A DNA stretch of 64,000 nucleotides from assembly GCA_964386565.1 (NCBI GenBank), contig CAYLRU010000008.1, positions 8,110 through 72,109 on the forward strand, given 5' to 3'. This DNA is from an uncultured Desulfobacteraceae bacterium (GTDB taxonomy: Bacteria > Desulfobacterota > Desulfobacteria > Desulfobacterales > UBA5616). The stretch's first letter is position 1. Every line of letters starts with the position of its first letter. Shown here in pieces: positions 37,155 to 47,075 of this stretch. The notes under the pieces were generated by a model. The model was not told the origin of the DNA. It did no database searches and saw only the letters and a list, made by a program, of their open reading frames with translations. The position numbers and the translations under genes are program-made.

Positions 37155-38147
37155 TTGTTACCCATCGGAATTATTGCAAACCCTGCTTCGGGAAAGGATA
37201 TCCGGCGGCTGGTAGCATTCGGATCGGTGGTTCCCAACAGCGAAAAAATAAACATGGTGAAGCGAATTCTACTCGGACTGGATTCCATGGGGGTGGAGAA
37301 AGTTTTTCTGATGCCTGAAAACGCCGGTATCTGCAGGCTGGCCCTGGACCGGTTGAATGTTTCCCTTGAGGCATCCTTTCTGGATATGCAGCTGGAAAAT
37401 TCCCAGAACGACTCGACACGGGCAGCCCGATTGATGAATGAGATTGGGGTGGCGTGTATCATCACCCTTGGCGGTGACGGAACCAACCGGGTTGTTTCAA
37501 AAGGATGCTTGGATACGCCGCTTTTGTCGGTGGCCACCGGAACCAACAATGCCTTTTGCTATATGGTCGAAGGAACCCTTGCCGGTATCGCCGCCGGTGT
37601 GCTGGCGTCCAACCACTTCCCCGTTGATGCGTTGACCCGGAAGGCCCCGAAACTCGAAATCCTGAAAGATTCGGAGTTGCTGGACATTGCTCTGGTTGAC
37701 GTGGTGGTGTCATCTTCAGAATTTGTGGCATCCAGGGCCGTATGGGATGTGGACACCTTAAGAGAAATTTTTTTAAGCCAATCCGAACCCGGAAATATCG
37801 GATTTTCCTCCCTTGGAGGATATATATGCCGGCTGCCGGAAAATTCGGGAAAAGGACTGTATATCGTCGTCGGTAAAGGAGGGCAGAAAGTCAGGGCGCC
37901 CATTGCGCCGGGACTGGTTCGATGGGTTCCCATTGAATCCCACCGGATGTTTGAATCCGGTGAAACCATACCGGTGAAAACAAAACATGGCGTCATTGCC
38001 CTGGACGGAGAACGGGAAATCACCATAAGCGAGGAAGACCGGATATCAATCCGACTGGACCTGGAAGGCCCGCGCGTACTGAATCTGACCGAGACGCTGA
38101 GGCATGCATCTGTAGATTGCATCTTTATCGCCGAACAGGGCGAGTGA
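37155..38147 (+). CDS. ATP-NAD kinase family (AcoX-like) protein
   Basis: IGIIANPASGKDIRRL N-terminus and the ITLGGDGTNR diacylglycerol/NAD-kinase motif. TTG start after AAGGAGAGG. Confidence 0.7.
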   Translation: MLPIGIIANPASGKDIRRLVAFGSVVPNSEKINMVKRILLGLDSMGVEKVFLMPENAGICRLALDRLNVSLEASFLDMQLENSQNDSTRAARLMNEIGVACIITLGGDGTNRVVSKGCLDTPLLSVATGTNNAFCYMVEGTLAGIAAGVLASNHFPVDALTRKAPKLEILKDSELLDIALVDVVVSSSEFVASRAVWDVDTLREIFLSQSEPGNIGFSSLGGYICRLPENSGKGLYIVVGKGGQKVRAPIAPGLVRWVPIESHRMFESGETIPVKTKHGVIALDGEREITISEEDRISIRLDLEGPRVLNLTETLRHASVDCIFIAEQGE

Positions 38148-38224
38148 CCCCATAACGTCCTGCTTGACCGGAAAAATCGTGTCTGGTATGCAGAAAAGTC
38201 AAATAAATTAGTAAGGACAAGTTC

Positions 38225-39799
38225 ATGCTGATTACGGAAATACTTGCCAGAAATGCCCGCATGTACGGTAATGAAACGGCTCTCATCGAACGGGAACCGG
38301 CTAAAAACATCAGGAAAGAAATCACCTGGAAAGAATTTAACGACCAGGCAAACCGGATCGCCTCTGCATTGATTAAAATGGGCGTTAATAAAGGAGACCG
38401 GGTCGTCCACCTGATGACCAACTGCATTGAATGGCTGCCGATTTATTTCGGCATATTGCGAACCGGGGCATGGGCCGTTCCCCTTAATTTCCGGTTTGTC
38501 GCCGAAACCATCAAACGGTGCATTATCACCGCGGAAGCCGGGGTCCTCATTTTCGGCGAAGAGTTCATCGATCGTATCAATTCGGTGAAACCGGAACTGG
38601 ACGAAACGGTCCGGCAGTATATCTTTGTCGGGCCGAAATCGCAAAAACCCGACTACGCCGAATACTACGAAGACCTGTTTTCTGTTGAGCAGGCCGAAAA
38701 TCCCGGTGTTGGGATTGACATCAATGATGAAGCGGCCCTGTATTTCACATCCGGGACCACGGGAACACCCAAAGCGACATTAATAACCCACAGAAACCTG
38801 GAATTCGCCTGCTATATTGAAAACAATCATCACCGGCAGACGCACCAGGACAATTTTCTTTGTATCCCGCCGCTGTATCACACCGGCGCTAAAATGCACT
38901 GGTTCGGCAACTTCCTGGTGGGAGCAAAGGCCGTAATTTTAAGGGGAGTGGAACCGAAATGGATACTGGAGGCGGTTTCAGAGGAAGGCGTCACCATTGT
39001 CTGGCTGTTGGTTCCCTGGGCACTGGACATATTATTTGCCATTGAAAGCGGTGAGTTGAAGTTGCACAATTTTCACCTGGACCAATGGCGTTTGATGCAT
39101 ATCGGCGCCCAGCCTGTTCCGCCCAGCCTGATCAGGGAGTGGTTAAAGGTTTTTCCCCATCACCAGTACGACACCAACTATGGATTGACGGAAACCACCG
39201 GACCGGGGTGCATCCATCTGGGTATGGAAAATCTCCACAAGGTGGGGGCCATCGGGATCCCGGGGTTTGACTGGGAATTTAAAATTGTCGATGCCCAGGG
39301 AAACACCGTTTCGAACGGAAAACCGGGAGAACTGGTGGTAAAGGGCCCGGGCGTGATGAAAGCGTACTATAAAAACGAGGCAGCCACCGGAGAAACGTTG
39401 AAAGACGGCTGGTTGTTCACCGGTGACATTGCCCGACAGGATGAAGATGGTTTCATATGGCTGGTGGACCGGAAAAAAGATGTAATTATTACGGGCGGAG
39501 AAAATATCTACCCCGTGGAAATCGAGAATTTCCTCCAGACCCATCCGAAAATTCAGGATGTGGCGGTCATCGGCCTGCCGAGTCTGAGGCTGGGAGAGAT
39601 CGCCGCGGCCATTGTCCAGGTGAAACCCGGATATGAGATCTCAAAGGATGAAATTAATGAATATTGTGCGGCACTGGCCCGATACAAACGGCCCCGGCGC
39701 ATTATCTTCGGCGACGTTCCGAGAAATCCGACCGGTAAAATCGAAAAACCGAAATTGAGAAAGCGGTATACGGGGGGCGAAGAAAGTATCAAGGTCTGA
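38225..39799 (+). CDS. AMP-forming acyl-CoA synthetase
   Basis: AMP-binding motif YFTSGTTGTPKA; GDIARQDEDGFIWLVDRKKD; C-terminal lysine loop PRNPTGKI. Confidence 0.9.
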   Translation: MLITEILARNARMYGNETALIEREPAKNIRKEITWKEFNDQANRIASALIKMGVNKGDRVVHLMTNCIEWLPIYFGILRTGAWAVPLNFRFVAETIKRCIITAEAGVLIFGEEFIDRINSVKPELDETVRQYIFVGPKSQKPDYAEYYEDLFSVEQAENPGVGIDINDEAALYFTSGTTGTPKATLITHRNLEFACYIENNHHRQTHQDNFLCIPPLYHTGAKMHWFGNFLVGAKAVILRGVEPKWILEAVSEEGVTIVWLLVPWALDILFAIESGELKLHNFHLDQWRLMHIGAQPVPPSLIREWLKVFPHHQYDTNYGLTETTGPGCIHLGMENLHKVGAIGIPGFDWEFKIVDAQGNTVSNGKPGELVVKGPGVMKAYYKNEAATGETLKDGWLFTGDIARQDEDGFIWLVDRKKDVIITGGENIYPVEIENFLQTHPKIQDVAVIGLPSLRLGEIAAAIVQVKPGYEISKDEINEYCAALARYKRPRRIIFGDVPRNPTGKIEKPKLRKRYTGGEESIKV

Positions 39800-39837
39800 G
39801 CCCCAAACCCATATCGTATGCAAGGAGACGATCCATC

Positions 39838-41181
39838 ATGAAAAAATCGGTTGTAGCTGTTGTTAAGTATGAAGAACCCGTCAAATCAGTAAGAAAAGCG
39901 GTTGAAATGTCAAACGGACCGGCGGTTTTTCAATCCGGCGCCAAGGTGTTTATCAAACCCAATATCGTCTTCTGGAACAAACATTACCCCATACCCAAAT
40001 ACGGCTCCATTACAACGAGTCGTGTGATCGAAGATATGATCATTCTGCTGAAGGAATGCGGGATAAACGACATCACCATCGGGGAAGGCACCGTGATCAA
40101 CAAGTCCGGGGTGAAAGGACTGCAGGAACATGCATTTGAAACCCTCGGGTACAATGTGTTGAAAAAAAAGTACGGGATCAAGACCTTGAATGTTTTTGAA
40201 AGGCCGTTTAAAAAAATCGACATGGGCGACGACGTGGTGTTGAATTACAATGAAGATATTTTAAATGCCGATCTTGTGGTGGATATCCCCGTGCTGAAAA
40301 CCCACGGCCAGACCACGGTCAGCCTGGCTCTTAAAAATTTAAAAGGCTCTATTGATATTCCATCGCGGAAGAAATGCCACAATACGGATCCTGTAAAAGA
40401 TTTGAATTATTGGGTGTCCAGGATAGTGGAGCCCATGCCGCCGATATTTGCCATCATTGACGGCATCTACAGCCTTGAACTGGGCCCCGGCTATGACGGA
40501 CGGGCCAGGAGAACCAACCTGCTTATCGCGTCCACGGATGTACTTTCCGCAGACATGTGCGGAGCAAAGGTCCTGGGGTTTGATCCTGCCTCGGTACCCC
40601 ATCTGGTTCATGTCGCCAAAAAACGCAATCGGCCTCTTGATCTTTCGGATATCGATGTCGTTGGAGAACCCCTTGACAAGGTATCTTCCCCGCATCAAAT
40701 TGAATATGATTATACCAATAACGGAGAGTTGCCGGCGTACCTGGCGAAATACGGCATTGAAGGAATTTCCTGGCGAAACCCCGGCTCCACTATCTGCACG
40801 TACTGTACGGGATTCACCAGCCCCGTATTGACAAACATTGTTTCCACATGGGCTGGCAAGGCTTTCGATGACGTGGAAGTGCTTACGGGAAAGGATATGA
40901 AACCCACACCGGGGAAAAAGAAAACCATTTTGCTGGGCAAATGCATTTATGAGGCGAACAAGGACAACCCGGACATAAAGGAAATGTTTGCCGTCAAGGG
41001 ATGCCCTCCCTCCGAAAAAGGAATTATCAAGGCATTGCAACAGGCCGGTATTCCGGTCAGTGACGATCTCTTTGAAATTTACGACAGCACCATCGTTCCC
41101 ATTTTAAGCCGCCGGTATACAAGAAAGCCGGAAGAGTTCCAGGAGTCTTTTTATACCGTGGAATCAATGCCGGTAACCTAG
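39838..41181 (+). CDS. DUF362 domain-containing protein with Cys-rich C-terminal extension
   Basis: DUF362-like N-terminal layout (VAVVKYEEP...VFIKPNIV...LKTHGQT). C-terminal cysteines (CTYCTG, GKCIYE, VKGCPPS). Confidence 0.7.
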   Translation: MKKSVVAVVKYEEPVKSVRKAVEMSNGPAVFQSGAKVFIKPNIVFWNKHYPIPKYGSITTSRVIEDMIILLKECGINDITIGEGTVINKSGVKGLQEHAFETLGYNVLKKKYGIKTLNVFERPFKKIDMGDDVVLNYNEDILNADLVVDIPVLKTHGQTTVSLALKNLKGSIDIPSRKKCHNTDPVKDLNYWVSRIVEPMPPIFAIIDGIYSLELGPGYDGRARRTNLLIASTDVLSADMCGAKVLGFDPASVPHLVHVAKKRNRPLDLSDIDVVGEPLDKVSSPHQIEYDYTNNGELPAYLAKYGIEGISWRNPGSTICTYCTGFTSPVLTNIVSTWAGKAFDDVEVLTGKDMKPTPGKKKTILLGKCIYEANKDNPDIKEMFAVKGCPPSEKGIIKALQQAGIPVSDDLFEIYDSTIVPILSRRYTRKPEEFQESFYTVESMPVT

Positions 41182-41276
41182 TATGCTTTTTATACCCCCT
41201 TTGGAAGTCCCCCTTCCCTGGTGGGGAAAGGTGAGAATGAGAGGCAACTAAGGCATTGTGTTTTTCCCCGGCGTTT

Positions 41277-43232
41277 TTAATCCTTCTCGAGTTCCTTTAT
41301 ATCGGCATAATACTGCAGCACGTCCGGATTGCTCAAGGCGTCTTTGTTCAATACGGGTTTTTTCTCGATGATTTTTTTCACGGCCAGTTCGACCTTTTTC
41401 ATGTTCAGGGTGTAGGGAATCTCCGGTACGGCAATGATTTTATCCGGAACATGCCGGGGGGAAGCATTTTTCCGGATGGCGTCCTTTATCGTCTTTTTAA
41501 ACGCCTCGGTCAGGGTCTGCCCCTCTTTCAGTTTTACAAATAAAACCACCCGGACGTCGTTTTTCCAGGACTGGCCGACCACAAGGCTGTCCTCTATCCC
41601 ATCGATGAGTTCCACCTGGCGGTAGATTTCAGCCGTACCGATGCGGACGCCGCCGGGGTTCAGCGTGGCGTCGGAGCGGCCGAAGATTTTCACGCCTCCG
41701 CGGTCGTTGATCAGGATGTAGTCTCCGTGTCTCCAGACACCGGGATACACATCGTAATAAGCGCTGATATATTTTTCATGATCCGGATCATCCCAGAAGT
41801 AGATGGGCATGGATGGAAAAGGCGCCGTACAGACCAACTCCCCCTGTTCATTGATAACGGCGTTGCCGGCTTCGTCAAACGCTTCGACTTTCATGCCCAG
41901 GCCCCTGCACTGCAGCTCGCCGGCATACACCGGGATCATGGGATTTCCCAGGGCAAAACAGCCGTTAAGATCCGTTCCCCCTGAAATGGATGATAGTTGC
42001 AGATCTTCTTTTACTTCCTTATAAATGAATTCAAATCCTTCTTCCGACAGGGGAGAACCGGTTGAAAGAAGGGTTTTAAGAGACGACAGGTCATATGTCT
42101 TTCCCGGTTTGATACCGGATTTTTCAAGTGCGGAAATATACCCCGAACTGGTTCCGAATACGGTAATTTTCTCTTTTTCCGCCATCTCCCACAACACTCC
42201 CGGATGGGGATAAAACGGGTTGCCGTCATACAGTACAATGGTTGCGCCCACGGCCAGGGAGCTAGTAAGCCAGTTCCACATCATCCAGCCGCAGGTAGTA
42301 AAATAGAAGATGGTATCTTCCCTTCCCAGATCCGTGTGAAGCAAAAGCTCTTTCAGATGATTGATGAGCACGCCTCCCGCACTTTGGACCATGCATTTGG
42401 GAAGTCCGGTGGTGCCGGATGAATACATGATGTAAAGGGGGTGGTCAAACGGCAGGTGCTCAAATACCGGTTCAAGTCCCGATTCATCCGGTTTAAAGGT
42501 CTCGTATAATACGGCATTGGAAATCCCGCCGATATCCGGCAGCGGCGTGGTATAGGGAACGACAACAACTTTTTCCACGGAGGGAAGTTCGTTTAAAATT
42601 GTCGAGATGCGTTCCAGAATAGAGAGTGTTTTGCCTTTATAGAAATAACCGTCGGACGTAAATATGATTTTCGGCCGAATCTGGCCGAAGCGGTCCAGAA
42701 CGCCCTTGATTCCGAAATCAGGGGAACAGGACGACCAGATGGCACCAATGCTGGTGGCGGCCAGCATGGCGATGATGGTTTCAGGCATGTTGGGCATAAA
42801 TCCCACGACTCTGTCGCCGATACCCACACCGGCCCGGCGCAAGGCGACTGCCGTCTGCCCCACTTCCCGGTAAAGGTCGGCATAGGTGATTTTCCGGACG
42901 TTCTGACCTTCACCTTTGAAAATCAGGGCGACTTGATCATCCCTGTATCGCAGAAGATTCTCGGCAAAATTCAATCTGGCGCCGGAAAACCATTTGGCCC
43001 CGATCATTTTTCCGGGATCATCAATAACCCGGTAAAATGGGGTCAAGGCCCGGATTTCGGCAAAATCCCACATTGCCGCCCAGAAATCGGCTATATGGGC
43101 CACCGACCACTGGTAAAGAGACGGATAATCCTTAAAATGGTGTTCGTATCGTTCGTTTACAAAATTCATAAAACGGCTCATACGGGATTTCTGGATTCTT
43201 TCCTTCGAAGGCTGCCATAAGATCTTTTCCAT
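41277..43232 (-). CDS. acetoacetate--CoA ligase (acetoacetyl-CoA synthetase)
   Basis: 651 aa. N-terminus LWQPSKERIQKSRMSRFMNFV...YQWSV..IADFWAAMWDF is characteristic of AACS. AMP motif YSSGTTGLPK. Confidence 0.88.
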   Translation of the reverse strand: MEKILWQPSKERIQKSRMSRFMNFVNERYEHHFKDYPSLYQWSVAHIADFWAAMWDFAEIRALTPFYRVIDDPGKMIGAKWFSGARLNFAENLLRYRDDQVALIFKGEGQNVRKITYADLYREVGQTAVALRRAGVGIGDRVVGFMPNMPETIIAMLAATSIGAIWSSCSPDFGIKGVLDRFGQIRPKIIFTSDGYFYKGKTLSILERISTILNELPSVEKVVVVPYTTPLPDIGGISNAVLYETFKPDESGLEPVFEHLPFDHPLYIMYSSGTTGLPKCMVQSAGGVLINHLKELLLHTDLGREDTIFYFTTCGWMMWNWLTSSLAVGATIVLYDGNPFYPHPGVLWEMAEKEKITVFGTSSGYISALEKSGIKPGKTYDLSSLKTLLSTGSPLSEEGFEFIYKEVKEDLQLSSISGGTDLNGCFALGNPMIPVYAGELQCRGLGMKVEAFDEAGNAVINEQGELVCTAPFPSMPIYFWDDPDHEKYISAYYDVYPGVWRHGDYILINDRGGVKIFGRSDATLNPGGVRIGTAEIYRQVELIDGIEDSLVVGQSWKNDVRVVLFVKLKEGQTLTEAFKKTIKDAIRKNASPRHVPDKIIAVPEIPYTLNMKKVELAVKKIIEKKPVLNKDALSNPDVLQYYADIKELEKD

Positions 43233-43247
43233 CGTATTTTCCTCCCC

Positions 43248-43790
43248 TTATAGCGTTCCAACCCACAGGGCAACGGCCATACTCCGACCATTGTTTATAA
43301 TTTTCTGCTCTTTGGGCTCAATCCAGAACTGGACGGCGTCTCCCTTTTCGAGTATCACCGTGTTCCCGCCATGGATCAGCTCCAGAGACCCTTTCAGAAT
43401 GCACAGGATTTCCTGGCCGCTCTTGATATTTTTTCGGACGGGGATGACTTTTCCCGGCGCGATGAACATGATCGCACTGTCAATCACCGTTCTGTTTTCC
43501 GAAGAAAAAAAACGCCGGGTGACGAATCCCGACCGTGGAATTTCAACATCATCCCATTCCGAACCGCGAACTACGACAAACCGTTCCTGTTTTTCCGCAT
43601 GGTTCAAAATATCACCGGCATTCACACCAATGGCATTGCATATTTTTATCAGTGTATCCACTGACGGGGAATTCACATTATTTTCAATCTGGCTTAAAAA
43701 GCCTTCCGAAATGCCTGCTTTTTCCGCAACCACTTTGAGGGTCAGTTTTTTTTCTTTCCGGGACTTTCTGATCAGTGGGCCGATATTCAT
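43248..43790 (-). CDS. XRE-family HTH regulator with C-terminal cupin sensor domain
   Basis: HTH_3 (IRKSRKEKKLTLKVVAEKAGISEGFLSQIENN) plus a cupin region (EILCILKGSLELIHGGNTVILEKGDAVQF). Confidence 0.88.
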   Translation of the reverse strand: MNIGPLIRKSRKEKKLTLKVVAEKAGISEGFLSQIENNVNSPSVDTLIKICNAIGVNAGDILNHAEKQERFVVVRGSEWDDVEIPRSGFVTRRFFSSENRTVIDSAIMFIAPGKVIPVRKNIKSGQEILCILKGSLELIHGGNTVILEKGDAVQFWIEPKEQKIINNGRSMAVALWVGTL

Positions 43791-43835
43791 AATCGCACAG
43801 CTCCGGTTAAAAGTGCTTTCTTGTATAAAATATAA

Positions 43836-43873
43836 TTGACATAATTAAATTATTAATATATATCAATATTAAT
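43836..43873 (+). promoter_or_regulatory. sigma70-like promoter with overlapping inverted repeat (candidate operator) for the acyl-CoA dehydrogenase operon
   Basis: TTGACA 43836-41, 17-nt spacer, TATATC 43859-64. Inverted repeat ATTAATAT(43852-59)-N6-ATATTAAT(43866-73). Very AT-rich context. Confidence 0.35.
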
Positions 43874-43973
43874 CATAAGTAAAGATTTAATTTAAAGAAT
43901 ATTGGGCCCGGCGGTCCATATGGAATGAAACGAAGAAAAAATCCTCAAACCCGTTACCAAAAAGGAGGACGTT

Positions 43974-45122
43974 TTGGATTTCGATCTTTCAACGGAGCAG
44001 GAAATGATCCGCAGGGAGGTTCGAAAATTTGCGGAGAATGAGATCGGTCCCGTGGCCAGCGAACTGGATGAAAAGGAGTTGTTTTCCACGGAGCTGACCC
44101 GGAAAATGGGTGAAATCGGTCTTTTCGGCATGTTCGTCTCCGAAACATACGGCGGCCAGGAAATGGATTACCTGTCCTATATTATTGCCGTTGAAGAAAT
44201 CGCCAGGGTCGACGGATCACAGGCTGCCACCGTTGCAGCGGGAAATTCCCTGGGTATCGGCCCCATATTTTATTTCGGGACCGATGAACAAAAAAAAAAG
44301 TATCTTCCGGCACTATGCAGTGGAGAAGGGCTGTGGGGGTTTGGATTGACCGAGCCCACGGCCGGTTCAGATGCCGGGGCGAGTAAAACTACGGCCGTAC
44401 TTGACGGAAATCAATGGGTACTCAACGGGTCGAAAATATTTATCACCAACGCGGCCTGCGAGATGTCAATGGGAGTGACGGTTCAGGCCGTAACGGGAAA
44501 ACGGCCCGACGGGAAACCTGAATATACCTGCTTTCTGGTGGAACACGGTACGCCGGGTTTTAAGAGCGTTCCCATGCACGGGAAAATGGTGTGGCGGGCC
44601 TCAAATACGGCACAGCTCTATTTTGATGATGTGAGAATTCCCAAAGAGAACATCCTGGGAAAAAAAGGCGATGGATTTCACCAGATGCTGAAGACCCTGG
44701 ACGGCGGCCGTCTTTCCATCGGCGCCATGGGGCTCGGGGGCGCCCAGGGAGCATACGAGGCGGCTTTGAATTACGCCAGGGAAAGGGTCCAGTTCGGGCA
44801 ACCCATCTGCAAGTTCCAGGCCAATGCCTTCAAGCTGGCCGATTGCGCCACTGAAATCGAATGCGCCAGAAACCTTCTGTATAAAGCCTGCTGGCTGAAA
44901 GACCGGAACCGGCCCTTCGGCAAACTGGCCGCCATGGCAAAACTGTTCTGTTCGGAAACAATGGGACGGGTGGTCAATCATGCGGTTCAGCTCCATGGGG
45001 GGTACGGGCTTTTTAAGGAATATAACGTCGAGCGATTTTACAGGGATCAAAAACTTCTTGATATCGGTGAAGGGACTTCCGAGGTCCAGCGAATCGTCAT
45101 ATCCCGGCATATCGGATGTTAA
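43974..45122 (+). CDS. acyl-CoA dehydrogenase (short/branched-chain type)
   Basis: 382 aa. TTG start after AAAGGAGG. ACAD signatures (GLTEPTAGSDA, catalytic-base region YRDQKLLDIGEGTSEVQR). Confidence 0.9.
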   Translation: MDFDLSTEQEMIRREVRKFAENEIGPVASELDEKELFSTELTRKMGEIGLFGMFVSETYGGQEMDYLSYIIAVEEIARVDGSQAATVAAGNSLGIGPIFYFGTDEQKKKYLPALCSGEGLWGFGLTEPTAGSDAGASKTTAVLDGNQWVLNGSKIFITNAACEMSMGVTVQAVTGKRPDGKPEYTCFLVEHGTPGFKSVPMHGKMVWRASNTAQLYFDDVRIPKENILGKKGDGFHQMLKTLDGGRLSIGAMGLGGAQGAYEAALNYARERVQFGQPICKFQANAFKLADCATEIECARNLLYKACWLKDRNRPFGKLAAMAKLFCSETMGRVVNHAVQLHGGYGLFKEYNVERFYRDQKLLDIGEGTSEVQRIVISRHIGC

Positions 45123-45140
45123 CCCAATTTAGGAGGAACG

Positions 45141-45791
45141 ATGGAAACCAAGAATCAAAGCCCTTACATAAATATTGATTATTTTGAGGATTTGACTGGC
45201 GATATATCCCGTGTATCCGGAAAGGACGAAATCTCCATCGGCGAAAGAATTAAAAGCCTCCGGGAACTTAAGGGAATGTCGATAGATGATGTGTCGCGCG
45301 TCACCGGCTTTGACGGAGATCTTTTGCTGAAAATAGAAAATAACGATGTCCAGCCCCAACTGGGAACCATCATCAAGTTGTCCAAGGCCCTGGATTCGGC
45401 ATTCAGCCTTCTGGTATCCGGCGCCGGCACCGGCCCTTACGCCATAACCCGGAAGAATGATCGAAAACCCATATTGAGATCTGCGTCCGGAAAGGGAAAA
45501 AAACGGCTCTATTCTTATAAAGGCCTTGCGCCTGAAGTCGAAGGACGGAGTATGGAGCCCCTGATCGTTGTTCTTGAAGAAGGCATTGACGAGGAATCGT
45601 CCGTCCATCATGGTGAGGAGTTTATTTTTGTTCTGGACGGTGTTGTTTTACTTCAACTGGGAGATGACCGGTTCGAGCTTGAACCCGGGGACAGCGTCTA
45701 TTATTTGTCCAGCGTTCCACATTTTATTTCAGCCAAACATCAAAAGGCTACCATACTGGCGGTTATTTATGAGGGAGGAAAGGAGAAATAA
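45141..45791 (+). CDS. XRE-family HTH regulator with C-terminal cupin domain (second copy)
   Basis: HTH_3 (IGERIKSLRELKGMSIDDVSRVTG) plus a cupin region (EFIFVLDGVVLLQLGDDRFELEPGDSVYY..VPH). Confidence 0.85.
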   Translation: METKNQSPYINIDYFEDLTGDISRVSGKDEISIGERIKSLRELKGMSIDDVSRVTGFDGDLLLKIENNDVQPQLGTIIKLSKALDSAFSLLVSGAGTGPYAITRKNDRKPILRSASGKGKKRLYSYKGLAPEVEGRSMEPLIVVLEEGIDEESSVHHGEEFIFVLDGVVLLQLGDDRFELEPGDSVYYLSSVPHFISAKHQKATILAVIYEGGKEK

Positions 45792-45794
45792 AAA

Positions 45795-46946
45795 ATGACC
45801 GAATACGATATGTGGAAAATTTTTCCCCGCATGCCCAGGAAGGTGACCATCGGGGATATTACCGTACGGGACGGTTTCCAGCATGAAGAAAAGTTTATTT
45901 CAACGGCAGCTAAAAAGTTTTACCTGGAAGAACTGATATTTGCCGGATGTCGGCATATCGAAGTCACCAATCTTGGCAATCCTTACATCATGCCCCAGTT
46001 TAGGGATGCGGAAGAACTGCTGGCCCATCTTCGAGGTGATCGGTTCAGGCAAAAATGCGAGAGAAAAGGGATCCCCCATGAAGACATCTGCCTCACCTGC
46101 GTTACGATTCGTGAACCCGCCGTGGATCGCGCCATTGCATTAAAGGAGAAGGGTATTGGCCCGGATCGCGTTCTGATGATGGTTTCCACGGAGGAGGAGC
46201 ATCATTTTGCCAATTCCGGGACCACTCTGCCCCAGTATTGGCGTGAAGCAGAGCGCTGCATCAAAAAATGTGCGGATGCCGGCATCAAGATGTGCGGCAC
46301 GGTGAGCACCATCTGGGGAAGTCCCATCGGCGGGGCCACGGACTTAAGAGACGCCGTGGCGTTCACCAAGCGCTGGCTTTCCATCGGCGCCCATGATGTA
46401 GAACATGCAGACCATGACGGAAGTGCGTCGGCACCGGATGTATATCGGTATTTTTCCATGATTTTAGATGAAATGCCGGATACCCGGCTGCACATTGCCC
46501 ATTTCCATGAGACCAAGCGTATGGCGTCCGCATCCGTTCTGGCCGCGCTTCAGGCCGGCATCACGAATTTTGAAGCAACCCTGGGCGGCCTGGGAGGACA
46601 GCCGAGCAACTTCATGGACGACTGTCCGGTGAAGGGGACGGGTGAATACTATTACGAAGATCCCCGCTATGTGGGGCTGGTCACCCTGGAAGACACCCTG
46701 GTTCAGATTGACGAAATGGGAATCGAGCACGGATATGATGTAGATCGTATCCTGTGGCTGGGAAAGCAGATGGAACGCACCATCGGCAGGCGGCTTCGGT
46801 CCGAGGCCGTTTATAACGGCAGAACATTAAAGGAAGGTCACATGAAGTTCGCCCGGCCTGGACTGGCGGAACTAAAGGAAAAGCTAGGGGAATCACCGGG
46901 GCAGAGACTGCCGGTGGAGTGGAAAGATAAAGCCATGCTGTCGTAG
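45795..46946 (+). CDS. HMG-CoA lyase-like (HMGL/pyruvate carboxyltransferase TIM-barrel) protein
   Basis: VTIGDITVRDGFQHEE parallels the E-V-G-P-R-D-G-L-Q-N-E motif. H-x-H metal motif (IAHFHETKRMA). Starts 4 nt after the regulator. Confidence 0.75.
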   Translation: MTEYDMWKIFPRMPRKVTIGDITVRDGFQHEEKFISTAAKKFYLEELIFAGCRHIEVTNLGNPYIMPQFRDAEELLAHLRGDRFRQKCERKGIPHEDICLTCVTIREPAVDRAIALKEKGIGPDRVLMMVSTEEEHHFANSGTTLPQYWREAERCIKKCADAGIKMCGTVSTIWGSPIGGATDLRDAVAFTKRWLSIGAHDVEHADHDGSASAPDVYRYFSMILDEMPDTRLHIAHFHETKRMASASVLAALQAGITNFEATLGGLGGQPSNFMDDCPVKGTGEYYYEDPRYVGLVTLEDTLVQIDEMGIEHGYDVDRILWLGKQMERTIGRRLRSEAVYNGRTLKEGHMKFARPGLAELKEKLGESPGQRLPVEWKDKAMLS

Positions 46947-47075
46947 ATCATGCCTTTGTATTTAGAATCCAGAAGTCAATGCCGATAACTTCGCGTAAAT
47001 GGCCATCATGTTCCATTATGTCAGTCTTAAGTTAATGATATCGATCAGAAGTCAGAATGGAGGAAATAACAACCC

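Noticed and set aside
37559-38644. 361-aa minus-strand ORF across the NAD-kinase-like and ligase genes
   Set aside because: It spans two plus-strand genes and their intergenic spacer. Its composition is low-complexity and Ser/Arg/Pro-rich, so it is a shadow ORF. The same reasoning applies to 52826-53671 (+), 21810-22601 (+), 58661-59266 (+), 40339-41040 (-) and 35867-36481 (-).
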